DNA of 64,000 nucleotides from a virus (Duplodnaviria; Heunggongvirae; Uroviricota; Caudoviricetes): IMG/VR virus record IMGVR_UViG_2541047596_000003; one strand, 5' to 3'. Shown piece by piece: positions 32,269 to 41,626 of this stretch (position 1 is its first letter; each line of letters starts with the position of its first letter). The notes under the pieces were generated by a model. It saw only the letters and a program-made list of their open reading frames with translations, ran no database searches and was not told where the DNA came from. The position numbers and the translations under genes were made by a program.

Positions 32269-33652
32269 TATCGCGGCTGGAGGTATTCGCCTGATTATTT
32301 TCTTCACCTTCATTGTCGTTTTCCTCGTCGTCCAGTTCTACTTCCTGCGTTGGCCCTTCATACCCGGCAGCCTCGCGGATCTCGTCACCGTCGAATACTT
32401 GTTCACCTGTGGCGAGACATGCCTGATTGATTTGCGCCATTTTGTATGCCGCGTCGAGTAGCTCGGCTTTCGTCATGGCGTTAAGGTCGTCCCACAGTAC
32501 CGACACGTCGACTGGCATACTGATAAGGCGGAGATCTGCCATCTTGCGGAATAGTTCCTCAAGCTCGCCTCCTATTTCCTCCCGGCGGGTCATACAGCGG
32601 TTATTGAAGTAGCGGAGGTCTTCGGTTGATGCACGCTCACCCTGCTGATTCCCAACCAGGATACGCGTTGGAATGTCGATACCAGCGGCGGCGGTTTGCA
32701 GGTTGACGTCATAGGTAGCTGATGGATCCGCCACGGCAGTAACCAGCGGGCTAACGGTTGCTCCCTGTAATGCCATCATCACATCATTACCTTTATTTAT
32801 ATCCTCTGCCGCTTCATTGAATTTTTCGCGTAGCTCTGCAACGTCGCAACCGTATGTTGCAGCCAGGGAACGAAAATCAATCTCTTTGTCGAATGAGATA
32901 GCCAGTTGACGCGCTGCGTTTTTCAGAAAGGATTCACCGCTACCGCCTTCCACTTTCTCCAGCGATACAAAAGCGTTATAGGACGGCTCAAGGAAAGCGA
33001 TGGCATCATCAGAATAATCACCGAAGATAAATATGCGATCTGGATGTATCTTTCTTGCTATGGTCTTACTGTTAATGCGCTCCTTGTATTCCCACCATGT
33101 CGGCAGGCCATAGCTTTCACTTTCCGGATCTTCTTCGAAGTCCTTCGGTGTAAGAGCACCAGCCCATACAGGGGTAAATTTGGCAATGCCTACACCTTTC
33201 GTCACTGGCTGATCCCACGGCTGGTTATCCCTGACGTGAATTAACAGGCCAGCATAACGACCAATGAGGCGGCGGCGATCGCATTCAGCTATGACGCGCC
33301 AGAAACGATTATCAAATCGTTTTTTGATTTCTCTTTCCCACGGCGTTTCCTTTTTTGCTTTCTCGTCTTCCGTACCTTCGATCAGCGTTGGCCTGGTGCG
33401 CCAGCACGTAGTGATGATCTTCTCAATAGCACCGTGAGCGATACCACCGCGACGATACAGTTTGTATAAATCGGCATAGGTGATTTCTTCTTTGAATCCG
33501 TATTCACTCCACGCAGCATCACGTTTTGCATCAATACCCATTGAGAATGGGTTAGCGGCTGCATAGCGGGCAAAGGCCGCCTGTCGTTGTGACAAGGCAG
33601 CATTAACCGCCAGTTCTACATTAGATGGCATAATGTTTACTCCTGAATACAT
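32258..33652 (-). CDS. Portal protein (464 aa)
   Basis: Size and position directly downstream of large terminase. Confidence 0.6.
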   Translation of the reverse strand: MYSGVNIMPSNVELAVNAALSQRQAAFARYAAANPFSMGIDAKRDAAWSEYGFKEEITYADLYKLYRRGGIAHGAIEKIITTCWRTRPTLIEGTEDEKAKKETPWEREIKKRFDNRFWRVIAECDRRRLIGRYAGLLIHVRDNQPWDQPVTKGVGIAKFTPVWAGALTPKDFEEDPESESYGLPTWWEYKERINSKTIARKIHPDRIFIFGDYSDDAIAFLEPSYNAFVSLEKVEGGSGESFLKNAARQLAISFDKEIDFRSLAATYGCDVAELREKFNEAAEDINKGNDVMMALQGATVSPLVTAVADPSATYDVNLQTAAAGIDIPTRILVGNQQGERASTEDLRYFNNRCMTRREEIGGELEELFRKMADLRLISMPVDVSVLWDDLNAMTKAELLDAAYKMAQINQACLATGEQVFDGDEIREAAGYEGPTQEVELDDEENDNEGEENNQANTSSRDNAI

Positions 33653-33779
33653 GTTTACGCGTTGCTACGCGAAAAATAGAAAAACTTGCGGGGGATTGTG
33701 GGACAGATTTTATGTAGCCAATTGAGAATTATTCTTGTTCATCTTCGAAAATTTTTCGAAGTTGATAATAATCAATAAC

Positions 33780-35294
33780 TTAAAATCCGCGCAGGCGTTT
33801 AGGTAACATAAGACCCATCGCCTGTGGTTGGCTTAATTCAGTGATCCCCCATACCATCGCATCCATACGGTCAGGGGATTTTTTAGCGGTAGCTGGCACA
33901 TATTCCATCATTTGATTTTCCAGCGTGTACAGGCTGCCAGTGTGGGCTACCCTACCCTGTGCATACAATGCAGATATTGGTTCGGCGCGGGCAAATTTAC
34001 CCTTGCTTGCGTGCACCTTAACAATGCGGCCCTTAAATCCTGCATTGCGTAGTGTGGCCTCTGCCATATCACCACCCTGGTTGGTTTCGATAACCATCGC
34101 GTCAGCTTCATGGATGTTGTAGGCGTTCATTGCTGCTTGCGCCCAGTCATTAGGTGACATGCGGCCTGAGTAGTCACCGTCTACTGAATACTGAGCATTC
34201 TTGCCACCACCATAAGCGGAACAGGCTACAATCCCTGTTTCGTCTGACTCATCAGATGATGTTGTCGCCGGGTCGATGGCTATCACCGTGCGAATTTTCT
34301 CCTGCGTTATCTGCATCCTGTGCGCGGCGGTTATCATCGCTTCAGTCCACAATGCGCCCTCTTGATCGAACTTGCGCGGACACTGCATATATTGAGCTTC
34401 GAATGTTCGGCGATGTGATTTAAGAGTTGATTCATCTTTATCACTATGCTTATGCAACCATAGCCAGCCATCCGGCAGGTTGTGAGGAACAGGAATAGCG
34501 AATTTGTTTTCCGGGTACAGATCCCAATAGTCAAGACTGTTGTCGATCTTCACTGGCAGGCAAAGGTGATGCCATTTCTCACCACTACCGCCACGTAACA
34601 GGTAGCCGGATAAATCATCGTAGTGGATACGCTGCATGATGACGATCACTGGCGTTGTTTGCACAGCCAGGCGCGAAGAAAGCGTGTCGTTGTAATTGGT
34701 ATTAACCTGCTTTCGCACCACATCAGAATAAGCGTCAGCTGGTTTCAGGGGATCATCAATAATCATTGCGCCGTTAAACCCAGGTTCCATGTACCCGGCG
34801 CGGAACCCTGTCACCTGTCCAAGCGATGACGTCGCATACACGCCGCCACCCTGAGTGGTCCACCACAGGTTTTTCGCGTTCGAATCGTTGCGCATTTGCA
34901 TAGGCCACAATTCCTGATATTGCGGCATCGTGATTATGTTTCTTGTCTCTGAGGAATTAAGCAAGGCGAGTCCGTGTGAATACGATACATGCAGGAATCT
35001 GGTGCGGGGTTCTATTGCGAGGCAGCGGGCCATCATGTGAATTGTGGCAATCATTGTTTTGCCATAGCCCGGTGGGATGTTGATTATCAACCTGGTGATT
35101 TCACCATTAATAACTCGTTGTAGCGTATCGGCAATTATTCTGTGATGACGCCCAACCAAAAAGTCCTTGCCAACCTGTTGCTTATAAAAGTAGGAACTAA
35201 AAAACAAAGGTGCTGATATGTCTTTGGGAGCACAACCTTTAACACACAACCCCCTTAGAACCTCTCTGTCAATCTTTGTCGTCGCAGTCTCCAT
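33780..35294 (-). CDS. Terminase large subunit (504 aa)
   Basis: Walker-A-like PPGYGKT and C-terminal nuclease region; position after terS. Confidence 0.8.
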   Translation of the reverse strand: METATTKIDREVLRGLCVKGCAPKDISAPLFFSSYFYKQQVGKDFLVGRHHRIIADTLQRVINGEITRLIINIPPGYGKTMIATIHMMARCLAIEPRTRFLHVSYSHGLALLNSSETRNIITMPQYQELWPMQMRNDSNAKNLWWTTQGGGVYATSSLGQVTGFRAGYMEPGFNGAMIIDDPLKPADAYSDVVRKQVNTNYNDTLSSRLAVQTTPVIVIMQRIHYDDLSGYLLRGGSGEKWHHLCLPVKIDNSLDYWDLYPENKFAIPVPHNLPDGWLWLHKHSDKDESTLKSHRRTFEAQYMQCPRKFDQEGALWTEAMITAAHRMQITQEKIRTVIAIDPATTSSDESDETGIVACSAYGGGKNAQYSVDGDYSGRMSPNDWAQAAMNAYNIHEADAMVIETNQGGDMAEATLRNAGFKGRIVKVHASKGKFARAEPISALYAQGRVAHTGSLYTLENQMMEYVPATAKKSPDRMDAMVWGITELSQPQAMGLMLPKRLRGF

Positions 35295-35784
35295 GAGTAT
35301 TGTACTCCTTATTCAGGTTATCGATTATCTCAAGGACAGTAGTCTGATTTACTTCTACCTGGACGGGTGCTTCTTCCTTGTTACCGACGATCTCCTGTGT
35401 GACGCGTTCGCCGTATTTGCGCGGCTGGAGTTTTGCCAGTAGCCACTTGCGTGTCTCAATCATCAGTTGATGGCGGCGCAATTGGTCCTTATCTGCGTTC
35501 TCTGCGGCATCAGCCAGATCGATGATTTCATCAGCCAACACCTCGAAGCCGATCTCCTTCGCGCGTACATACATGTCCGAAAATTCAGGCACATCACGAA
35601 ACCATTTCAGGATTGTTGAACGGGTAGGCATACCAGGCATTTTTGATATTTTGTTAATACTCTGACCGTCCGCTACCAGTTCGCAGATCTCTAACGCTTT
35701 CTCTTCGGTATAACCATGCGGACGGCCCACCTTTTTAGCGGCTGGCTTTTTGTCGTCAGCTTTTGCATTTTTAGTGCGGGCCAT
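35269..35784 (-). CDS. Terminase small subunit (171 aa)
   Basis: N-terminal HTH-like basic region; directly upstream of terL. Confidence 0.6.
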   Translation of the reverse strand: MARTKNAKADDKKPAAKKVGRPHGYTEEKALEICELVADGQSINKISKMPGMPTRSTILKWFRDVPEFSDMYVRAKEIGFEVLADEIIDLADAAENADKDQLRRHQLMIETRKWLLAKLQPRKYGERVTQEIVGNKEEAPVQVEVNQTTVLEIIDNLNKEYNTHGDCDDKD

Positions 35785-35794
35785 AATTCACCTC

Positions 35795-36534
35795 TCAATA
35801 TTTATTGATGATATATACGCAAGCAACAAAACTTGCACAGTATGTTAATACTTCCAACCAATCGAATAGCTCCTTCATTGTTTGCCCTTTATGTGAAGAA
35901 AACGATAACGACTAATAACGTGCATATAGCCATGATTAAGAAATCGCCGTCAGACATTAATAATAAGCCCCACAATAACAACCGCAGCGATACATACGAA
36001 TAATACGGCTTCGATAGCTTCCATATATTCACCTATTGAGTCAGCGCGGTCATGGTAAGAACAATCGCAACGATCAGGAAAAAGAAATCAAGCCATTTCA
36101 TTTTTTAAACTCCCGATAAACATCTACGGCAATGACTACAACTACAGCCACCAGCAATAGCATTTCGTATGCGTTCATTGTGGATACCTTCAGCTTTCAA
36201 TGAATATCATGATCGCCAGCCATACAGCGACGCAGGCAGAAAGGATAATTAGCGGGTCAATCATATTTTTCACCCCACCAAATACTTGATATATACGTTT
36301 ATCAGCGCAACTATAATAGAACCAGCAAGAAACACAGAAACGCCGATTAATCCGGCAATGATGTAAGCGTCCATAATCATTACTTCCACAACAAAAACAA
36401 TATTACAGCCGCCGCCATTCCGATAAATAAATAAGCGTCCATAATCAGTCTCGCATAGACATAACTACCAGAAACAGGCAAAGGATGAATCCAGCCGCCA
36501 TCCCGCCGACGAAAGTTAGTATTGACGCAATCAT
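35795..36534 (-). other. Tandem array of nine tiny ORFs (14-34 codons) encoding hydrophobic single-helix peptides
   Basis: Minus-strand ORFs at 36445-36534, 36380-36442, 36270-36374, 36190-36264, 36098-36178, 36033-36101, 35950-36024, 35889-35933 and 35795-35878; coupled stop/start junctions (TGATTATG three times, one ATGA overlap); SD-like purine runs. Confidence 0.45.
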
Positions 36535-36536
36535 AA

Positions 36537-37079
36537 TCAGCCTCGTTTAAAACTCATAACACGCGGTACAAGCGCTTCTTTTGCTTTCGGCTTACGTTTA
36601 CCTTTCTTCGCTGGCTTTTCTTCTTCCTTCGGCTGTTCTGCCTGTTCCAGCGCCTGATCGACGACTTCTGCCGCCTGCATTGCTGCAACCTGTGCTTCGT
36701 TTGATTCTGCTAGGATAGGGAAAAACGCATCGAAGATACGGCCTACCATGTAAGCGTAAGTCTCATTCGCCGGATGGGTAGGATCCGTGGTAGCCACGAC
36801 GCCTACATCACTTAAAACGTGGAATGTAGTGTGGGCGCATTCATGGACCAGCGTTCCCAACTCATTGTTGAATACTGCGATCACGTAGAAGTTACCACCA
36901 TTCTCGCCAGTGCAAGTAAGCGTTAATCCTCCAGCCAACTCGAAATCAGGTTCAATCGGAATTCCTGCCTTTTCGCAAAATTCATAGAACATCTCGCGGG
37001 TCGGGCAAAAGAAAACGGTTGTATGCTCAAAGAGTGGGATCTTAAATTGAGGCAATTTAATGCCTTTAGCCTTAGCCAT
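36537..37079 (-). CDS. Putative Zn-metallopeptidase-like protein (HExxH) with Lys-rich tail (180 aa)
   Basis: LVHECAHTTFH contains HExxH; C-terminus KEEEKPAKKGKRKPKAK; stop lies 2 nt before the first tiny ORF. Confidence 0.5.
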   Translation of the reverse strand: MAKAKGIKLPQFKIPLFEHTTVFFCPTREMFYEFCEKAGIPIEPDFELAGGLTLTCTGENGGNFYVIAVFNNELGTLVHECAHTTFHVLSDVGVVATTDPTHPANETYAYMVGRIFDAFFPILAESNEAQVAAMQAAEVVDQALEQAEQPKEEEKPAKKGKRKPKAKEALVPRVMSFKRG

Positions 37080-37358
37080 CAGAATAATCTCCTATTCTGA
37101 AAAATATAACCCCCGCAAAACTCGACACCGCAGGGAGTGAAAACAGTTATAAAACACTGAAAACGGCGCTTCATCAGTACCGTTTCCAGAATTTTATAAA
37201 ATTGGTGAATGGCGCTTTCTTCTACCCAGGTAGCGCCTGACCTGTTAATGGGACTGTTGATCCGGTATTACGTGTTTTTGACTATTCCGCCGTCGCTCGC
37301 GGGAAGGATTGGCCCGGTTATGGCTGGCTGACAGAAACGGCGACACGTCCACGCGCTG

Positions 37359-37847
37359 CTATTCTTTGCGTAAACACTGAGTTTTGATGTAGTCCTGTAG
37401 GCCAGTGATCTGTGCGTCTTTCTCTTTTAGTTGTTCTCTGAGGGATAGATAAGATTGTCTAGCAGTGGCATCAAGCTCGCAGGTGGCTCCATCAATGCGG
37501 CTGGCGGTCGCGGCGGGGTCGGACACTCGCACGGGTATTGCGTTGACGCGCAACCGGATAGTACCGTTATCAATGCCAGTGCGCAGATCGGCAATGTCAG
37601 ATCTGATAGCTTTAATCTCATCGTGATACCTCTTATCAAGTTTTGACAGTTCGGCGTTTCGCTCCTTCATCTGCTGAATAGTGTTACTTGCCGTTTTCAG
37701 TGCGCCTTTCGTTACCGTGACTTCTTCCTGTAACCTTGCCGCCTCACCCTGGTAATAACATGTTACGGCGGTCAGTCCGGCAATAATGCAAACAACAGCG
37801 GCGAAAATTAACGCCTTCACCTTGTCCACGTTTCCCCCCATTCGCAA
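37359..37847 (-). CDS. i-spanin (Rz-like)
   Basis: N-terminal TM helix then coiled coil; follows endolysin; contains embedded +1-frame lipoprotein ORF. Confidence 0.7.
   Translation of the reverse strand: MRMGGNVDKVKALIFAAVVCIIAGLTAVTCYYQGEAARLQEEVTVTKGALKTASNTIQQMKERNAELSKLDKRYHDEIKAIRSDIADLRTGIDNGTIRLRVNAIPVRVSDPAATASRIDGATCELDATARQSYLSLREQLKEKDAQITGLQDYIKTQCLRKE
37427..37621 (-). CDS. o-spanin (Rz1-like) embedded in Rz
   Basis: Lipobox LSGC and Pro-rich mature region ([11 protein letters not shown]) in alternative frame within Rz. Confidence 0.6.
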   Translation of the reverse strand: MRLKLSDLTLPICALALITVLSGCASTQYPCECPTPPRPPAALMEPPASLMPLLDNLIYPSENN

Positions 37848-38308
37848 ACGGCATATTCAACCTCGCGGCGGTTTACCAGGCCTTGCCACTTCTTACCGCC
37901 AGCGTATACCCAGCGTTTAAGCTGTGCGCACGCTTCTGATTTCTTGCCGTCATTGAGTAGTTTTAGTAAGGTTGATGTTTTGAAGTTGGTAGCGCCTACG
38001 TTATAGGCGAATGAATAAAGTGCTGCGCGGGTAAAATCTGATATTTCGACTTTGATATATGGGTCAATCGCTTTTGCGGTCTTGTGTAGATCTTTATTTA
38101 ACAAAGCATCGCATTCTGATTGCGTGTAAGTCTTACCAAGCATGATGTCTTTTCCGACGTGTCCATAACATATCGTGTAAACACCGATGACATCTCTGTA
38201 TGGCTTATACTCAACGCCTTCAAGATCTTTTATCATCACCGCCGCAATAGCGATCGCCCCACCAGCCGCCGCCGCAACAATCTTGTTTTTCAGCGATTGG
38301 CTAATCAT
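37817..38308 (-). CDS. SAR endolysin (T4-lysozyme-like glycoside hydrolase)
   Basis: Gly/Ala-rich weakly hydrophobic N-terminus (signal-arrest-release type) and E..D..T catalytic spacing, GVYTICYGH motif. Confidence 0.78.
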   Translation of the reverse strand: MISQSLKNKIVAAAAGGAIAIAAVMIKDLEGVEYKPYRDVIGVYTICYGHVGKDIMLGKTYTQSECDALLNKDLHKTAKAIDPYIKVEISDFTRAALYSFAYNVGATNFKTSTLLKLLNDGKKSEACAQLKRWVYAGGKKWQGLVNRREVEYAVCEWGETWTR

Positions 38309-38509
38309 TTACTTATTCCCCATTCGCGCGTCGTGTTCCTCTTGCGCCCGCTTGTTCTCCTGTGATTTGAAGTAATAATTAACGGCAAATGTGCCTACGG
38401 TTGATAAGATACCAACGAAAACAGCGATGTCATTGATGGTTATCGCGCCGAAAAAAGCAGTTACGGCCCCAGTCACATACGCACACGCCTCCCGTATTCT
38501 GTCGAACAT
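38309..38509 (-). CDS. Holin (pinholin-like, 66 aa)
   Basis: Two predicted TM helices and charged C-terminus; GGAGG RBS; directly upstream of SAR endolysin. Confidence 0.6.
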   Translation of the reverse strand: MFDRIREACAYVTGAVTAFFGAITINDIAVFVGILSTVGTFAVNYYFKSQENKRAQEEHDARMGNK

Positions 38510-38520
38510 AGATTTTCCTC

Positions 38521-38608
38521 CAACAAAGCAAAAACCCGGCGCGGGGCCGGGTAATTACAATTTCGCATTGTTAGGAAATATTTTAATCTGTTTGTTTGCG
38601 CTCTACAA
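38521..38608 (-). promoter_or_regulatory. Candidate late promoter plus terminator unit (pR'/tR'-like) just upstream of holin
   Basis: Minus-strand TTGTAG-N17-TAAAAT (38608-38580), then hairpin CCCGGCGCGGGGCCGGG (38551-38535) with T-tract, then holin RBS. Confidence 0.35.
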
Positions 38609-38616
38609 ATACGGCG

Positions 38617-38844
38617 TTAACGATAAGGTCCAAGCAAACGAACAAGCCATTCTTTGTATTTGACGGCAACGTGTTTTGGTGCAAAATATCCTTGCACTTC
38701 CTTACCGCCTCGCCACTCCCTTCTAAATTCGCACTCGTTTTGATACTCCTTTCCGCTTTTACTATCCAGCCAGCAAGCAGGTGAGTAACCTTTTTCACTT
38801 CCGAACCGATGCCATATTGATGACAGCAAAACCCTTTCTTCCAT
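38617..38844 (-). CDS. Hypothetical small protein
   Basis: ORF on operon strand; chosen over overlapping alternative frame 38583-38858. Confidence 0.3.
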   Translation of the reverse strand: MEERVLLSSIWHRFGSEKGYSPACWLDSKSGKEYQNECEFRREWRGGKEVQGYFAPKHVAVKYKEWLVRLLGPYR

Positions 38845-38866
38845 ATTACCCCCAACAAATACGGCT

Positions 38867-39043
38867 TTACTGCTTTCTGTATATCAGGCCATTATCAAGC
38901 AATGTTTGCATGTGTTCGCGATCCATGCCGCTTGATTCCCAATGTGGATCGTCATCAGGTCTTATCATCACCTTATTACCTTTAAGTAAATAGACGATGT
39001 TAAATACCTTATGCAAATAGATGCCGTCTTCGATCTCGTTCAC
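38867..39043 (-). CDS. Hypothetical small protein, paralog of the 39040-39222 product
   Basis: GTG start overlapping upstream stop (GTGA); shares IEDGIY... N-terminus with upstream gene; under 60 aa so absent from ORF track. Confidence 0.3.
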   Translation of the reverse strand: MNEIEDGIYLHKVFNIVYLLKGNKVMIRPDDDPHWESSGMDREHMQTLLDNGLIYRKQ

Positions 39044-39222
39044 AGGTCGCTAACCTTCACCACGTCGCCGTTATAAAGCATGATTTCAATTATTTCCCGC
39101 GTCATATCCATGAATGGCTCTTTCCACTCGCCACCATCGATACTGATACGAATATCATTACCCTCCACGCGGTAAAACATTTCATCAATGAGGTTCACGG
39201 CGTATATACCATCTTCAATCAT
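39040..39222 (-). CDS. Hypothetical small protein
   Basis: ORF-track ORF on operon strand, tightly packed. Confidence 0.4.
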   Translation of the reverse strand: MIEDGIYAVNLIDEMFYRVEGNDIRISIDGGEWKEPFMDMTREIIEIMLYNGDVVKVSDL

Positions 39223-39447
39223 TTAATCGCCCTCTTTAAACATCCTGAACTTAATATCGCCAATCTTGCTCCAATGTCCGTGATTAAACATCGTGATAAC
39301 TTCTTTCGCTGTCACAGGTAAAACCGTTTCATGCCACGGTTCAAACTGGCGTGATCGCATCATTACGTGTTCACCTTCAAGGCGATAATAAGCGCGTGAC
39401 ACCAATGACTGATAAACGCCGTCATATTGATGGTCGCTATTTCCCAT
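39223..39447 (-). CDS. Hypothetical small protein
   Basis: ORF-track ORF on operon strand, tightly packed. Confidence 0.4.
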   Translation of the reverse strand: MGNSDHQYDGVYQSLVSRAYYRLEGEHVMMRSRQFEPWHETVLPVTAKEVITMFNHGHWSKIGDIKFRMFKEGD

Positions 39448-39637
39448 TTTTACGCTCCTTAATGGCTCGCTTAATCTGCACTAGCGTTGCATCGAAGAAA
39501 GCGATAAACACCGCTACAGGCCAGAAAGGAATCTCAAGGCCACCACGATCGAGATCGTTATATTTGATGAAACAAGACATCAGGATAGCGCCAGCGATAT
39601 AAAGGAGAAATACAGCAAAGATAAGACATTCAATCAT
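39437..39637 (-). CDS. Small membrane protein (2 TM)
   Basis: Hydrophobic ORF on operon strand. Confidence 0.4.
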   Translation of the reverse strand: MIECLIFAVFLLYIAGAILMSCFIKYNDLDRGGLEIPFWPVAVFIAFFDATLVQIKRAIKERKNGK

Positions 39638-39772
39638 CCTCTTTCTCCCCGCCTAAATGTTGATATATTTTTTCAGCATTTTCCCCGCGCTCAAAACAAT
39701 AATGCTCAAACATGCGCCAGTGTTCACTAAGAAACATAACAATAAACTTGTTTACGTATTCGTCATCCATCG

Positions 39773-40084
39773 TTAATCATCCTCTTCATCGTCTTCTTGT
39801 TCAGCTAGGAAATCATCGACAGAACAGTAAGTAACTGGCGGGATATATTCGAAGTCATCCGTATCAAGATCGAGCGTCCTGCTGTCGCCGTCGTCGTCAA
39901 TCGTATTCATTCCTAACTCACCGAAAGGGCCGTACCCAATGTGGCCCAGGTATTCGCAACCAATCGTAAACCCAGGGTATTCGCCTTTACACCGGATTTT
40001 GTAAGGTTTATTTGATGCGCTCAATTTCCGACCCTCCACTTTCTGCTTCAGTGATTTTGTATTCTGCCGCCAGTTCAGCGCCAA
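39773..40084 (-). CDS. Hypothetical acidic protein (start uncertain)
   Basis: ORF overlaps upstream gene by 77 nt, so true start is probably internal. Confidence 0.3.
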   Translation of the reverse strand: MALNWRQNTKSLKQKVEGRKLSASNKPYKIRCKGEYPGFTIGCEYLGHIGYGPFGELGMNTIDDDGDSRTLDLDTDDFEYIPPVTYCSVDDFLAEQEDDEEDD

Positions 40085-40331
40085 GCAATTCCACTTCCAT
40101 ATTAGCGATACCCTGGAACATCAGATAGGCAAAAACTAGGCTTTTAATTCTATCCGGGTCTTCAAGATGGTCTGCATTAAAAGGCGGTTCCGATACGTGG
40201 AAGCATTTAACATGCGCATCGTCTTCAGTGGCTACACGGAAACATGCGCCAGGTTGCCCGGCGAATTCCCCCAATCTTTCTTCGTTCGGTAAAGTACCAC
40301 GGAAAACTTTAACGCTGATAAATTTAGTCAT
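40008..40331 (-). CDS. Hypothetical protein
   Basis: ORF-track ORF on operon strand. Confidence 0.4.
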   Translation of the reverse strand: MTKFISVKVFRGTLPNEERLGEFAGQPGACFRVATEDDAHVKCFHVSEPPFNADHLEDPDRIKSLVFAYLMFQGIANMEVELLGAELAAEYKITEAESGGSEIERIK

Positions 40332-40334
40332 TGT

Positions 40335-40589
40335 TTATTCTCCTTCGTAAAGAGTTGCCACCAGTTCGGCATCTGTTAGCGTGTTATAATCTGTATAAAA
40401 CCCGCAACGCATAAGTGAAGAAAGGCCAGCCACTTTGCACCACATAGGGGTCGATTCGCTCAAATATTCATTCTCCCTTTTTTCGCTGTATTCCAGTTCA
40501 TAAAACCGACTATTGTTAACACTCTCAATTACACGGCTGTATGTGCCATCAAGCCTACTAACTCCGCGCCATAGTCTGATCACAACCAT
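40335..40589 (-). CDS. Hypothetical protein
   Basis: ORF-track ORF on operon strand. Confidence 0.4.
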   Translation of the reverse strand: MVVIRLWRGVSRLDGTYSRVIESVNNSRFYELEYSEKRENEYLSESTPMWCKVAGLSSLMRCGFYTDYNTLTDAELVATLYEGE

Positions 40590-40778
40590 AATTTCTACTC
40601 CGTTTGATGGGGCTATTCGGCCCCGTGTTTATTCTTCTTCTCCTCCTCTAAATCCTAAGCACTCCGCGTATTCGTCAATGCTTAATGCTTCTTCACCTGG
40701 TGCCAATACTTCAAAGTAGCGGGCGTATAGTTCGAAAACCCAGGCCGGATATTTAGCGTTAGCGTTCATGGTTCCCCC

Positions 40779-41057
40779 TTATGCCATGCGTGCAAATTCA
40801 AGTGATTTGCATTCGTAGTCTTCCTCTGCCTGTTCGATGACTGCCATCATCATTTCGTTTGCGTTGTTGAATGCGTTGCTTTGTGCGAACTTGTCGGCTC
40901 CACCTTCTTCTTCGAACTCCGCGTTGTTTGCTGCAATGTAGTGATATTCGATGTTGTTCAGGTAAGGGCTTGCAGCGTGTGCTGGGTCTTCTTTCTCCAC
41001 CATCTCCCAAAATGCGTTTAAGCGAGATTCGACTTCTTTGTTAATCCAGCGTTTCAT
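40779..41057 (-). CDS. Hypothetical protein
   Basis: First ORF downstream of the 41.1-kb motif/CRP-like site. Confidence 0.4.
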   Translation of the reverse strand: MKRWINKEVESRLNAFWEMVEKEDPAHAASPYLNNIEYHYIAANNAEFEEEGGADKFAQSNAFNNANEMMMAVIEQAEEDYECKSLEFARMA

Positions 41058-41155
41058 TTTTCTACCCTCCGCATCGTTCTCTCTTCAGCTTCTTTATAAC
41101 AAAATGGCACTTCCGAAACAATGCCATTTCGTAAACCTTGTGATACAGATCACAT

Positions 41156-41380
41156 TTACGTTTCTTCCGTAAAAGTAACCTTCATCGCCCCATCCGAACT
41201 ACGGACAACATAACGACCAATACCGCCTAGCGGCCCTGCATACCATAAGTGACCGTAAGTGTCAGTCACGACGATAAACGGAAATTTAGGAGACAATCCC
41301 ATCGGTTTTTCAGCCGTATACTGTGCGCCTTCTTCAAAACAGCCTAATTTCGATTCGTTACACGTTAAAATCATTTTCAT
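41156..41380 (-). CDS. Hypothetical small protein, paralog family A (member 4)
   Basis: Shares F..G.(I)Y...............D..G..W.(F)Y pattern with the three upstream genes. Confidence 0.45.
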   Translation of the reverse strand: MKMILTCNESKLGCFEEGAQYTAEKPMGLSPKFPFIVVTDTYGHLWYAGPLGGIGRYVVRSSDGAMKVTFTEET

Positions 41381-41616
41381 ACCCCTACATACGAAAACGC
41401 AGCAAAAGCACCACCACCAGCACGCGCATAAACAAGTGCCGTGCCATACCCCATCTTATAAAATCGCCATAACTGACCCTGGTCGTCAGTAATGGCATGA
41501 ATATATTCCTGATCCTTTGCGTCAACCAATGCCGCGCCAACCTCGTAGATCTTGCCATTCTTAAAAAACGCGCTGCATCGTGAGTATGTGCACTGGTATC
41601 TATGTTTCCGATTCAT
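41377..41616 (-). CDS. Hypothetical small protein, paralog family A (member 3)
   Basis: As above; ATGA-type overlap with neighbour. Confidence 0.45.
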   Translation of the reverse strand: MNRKHRYQCTYSRCSAFFKNGKIYEVGAALVDAKDQEYIHAITDDQGQLWRFYKMGYGTALVYARAGGGAFAAFSYVGV

Positions 41617-41626
41617 AGCACCTCAC

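Noticed and set aside
38583-38858. Alternative 91-aa frame overlapping the 38617-38844 ORF
   Set aside because: Only one of the two overlapping same-strand frames can plausibly be coding; the 75-aa frame has the more protein-like composition and a better start context. Both remain low confidence.
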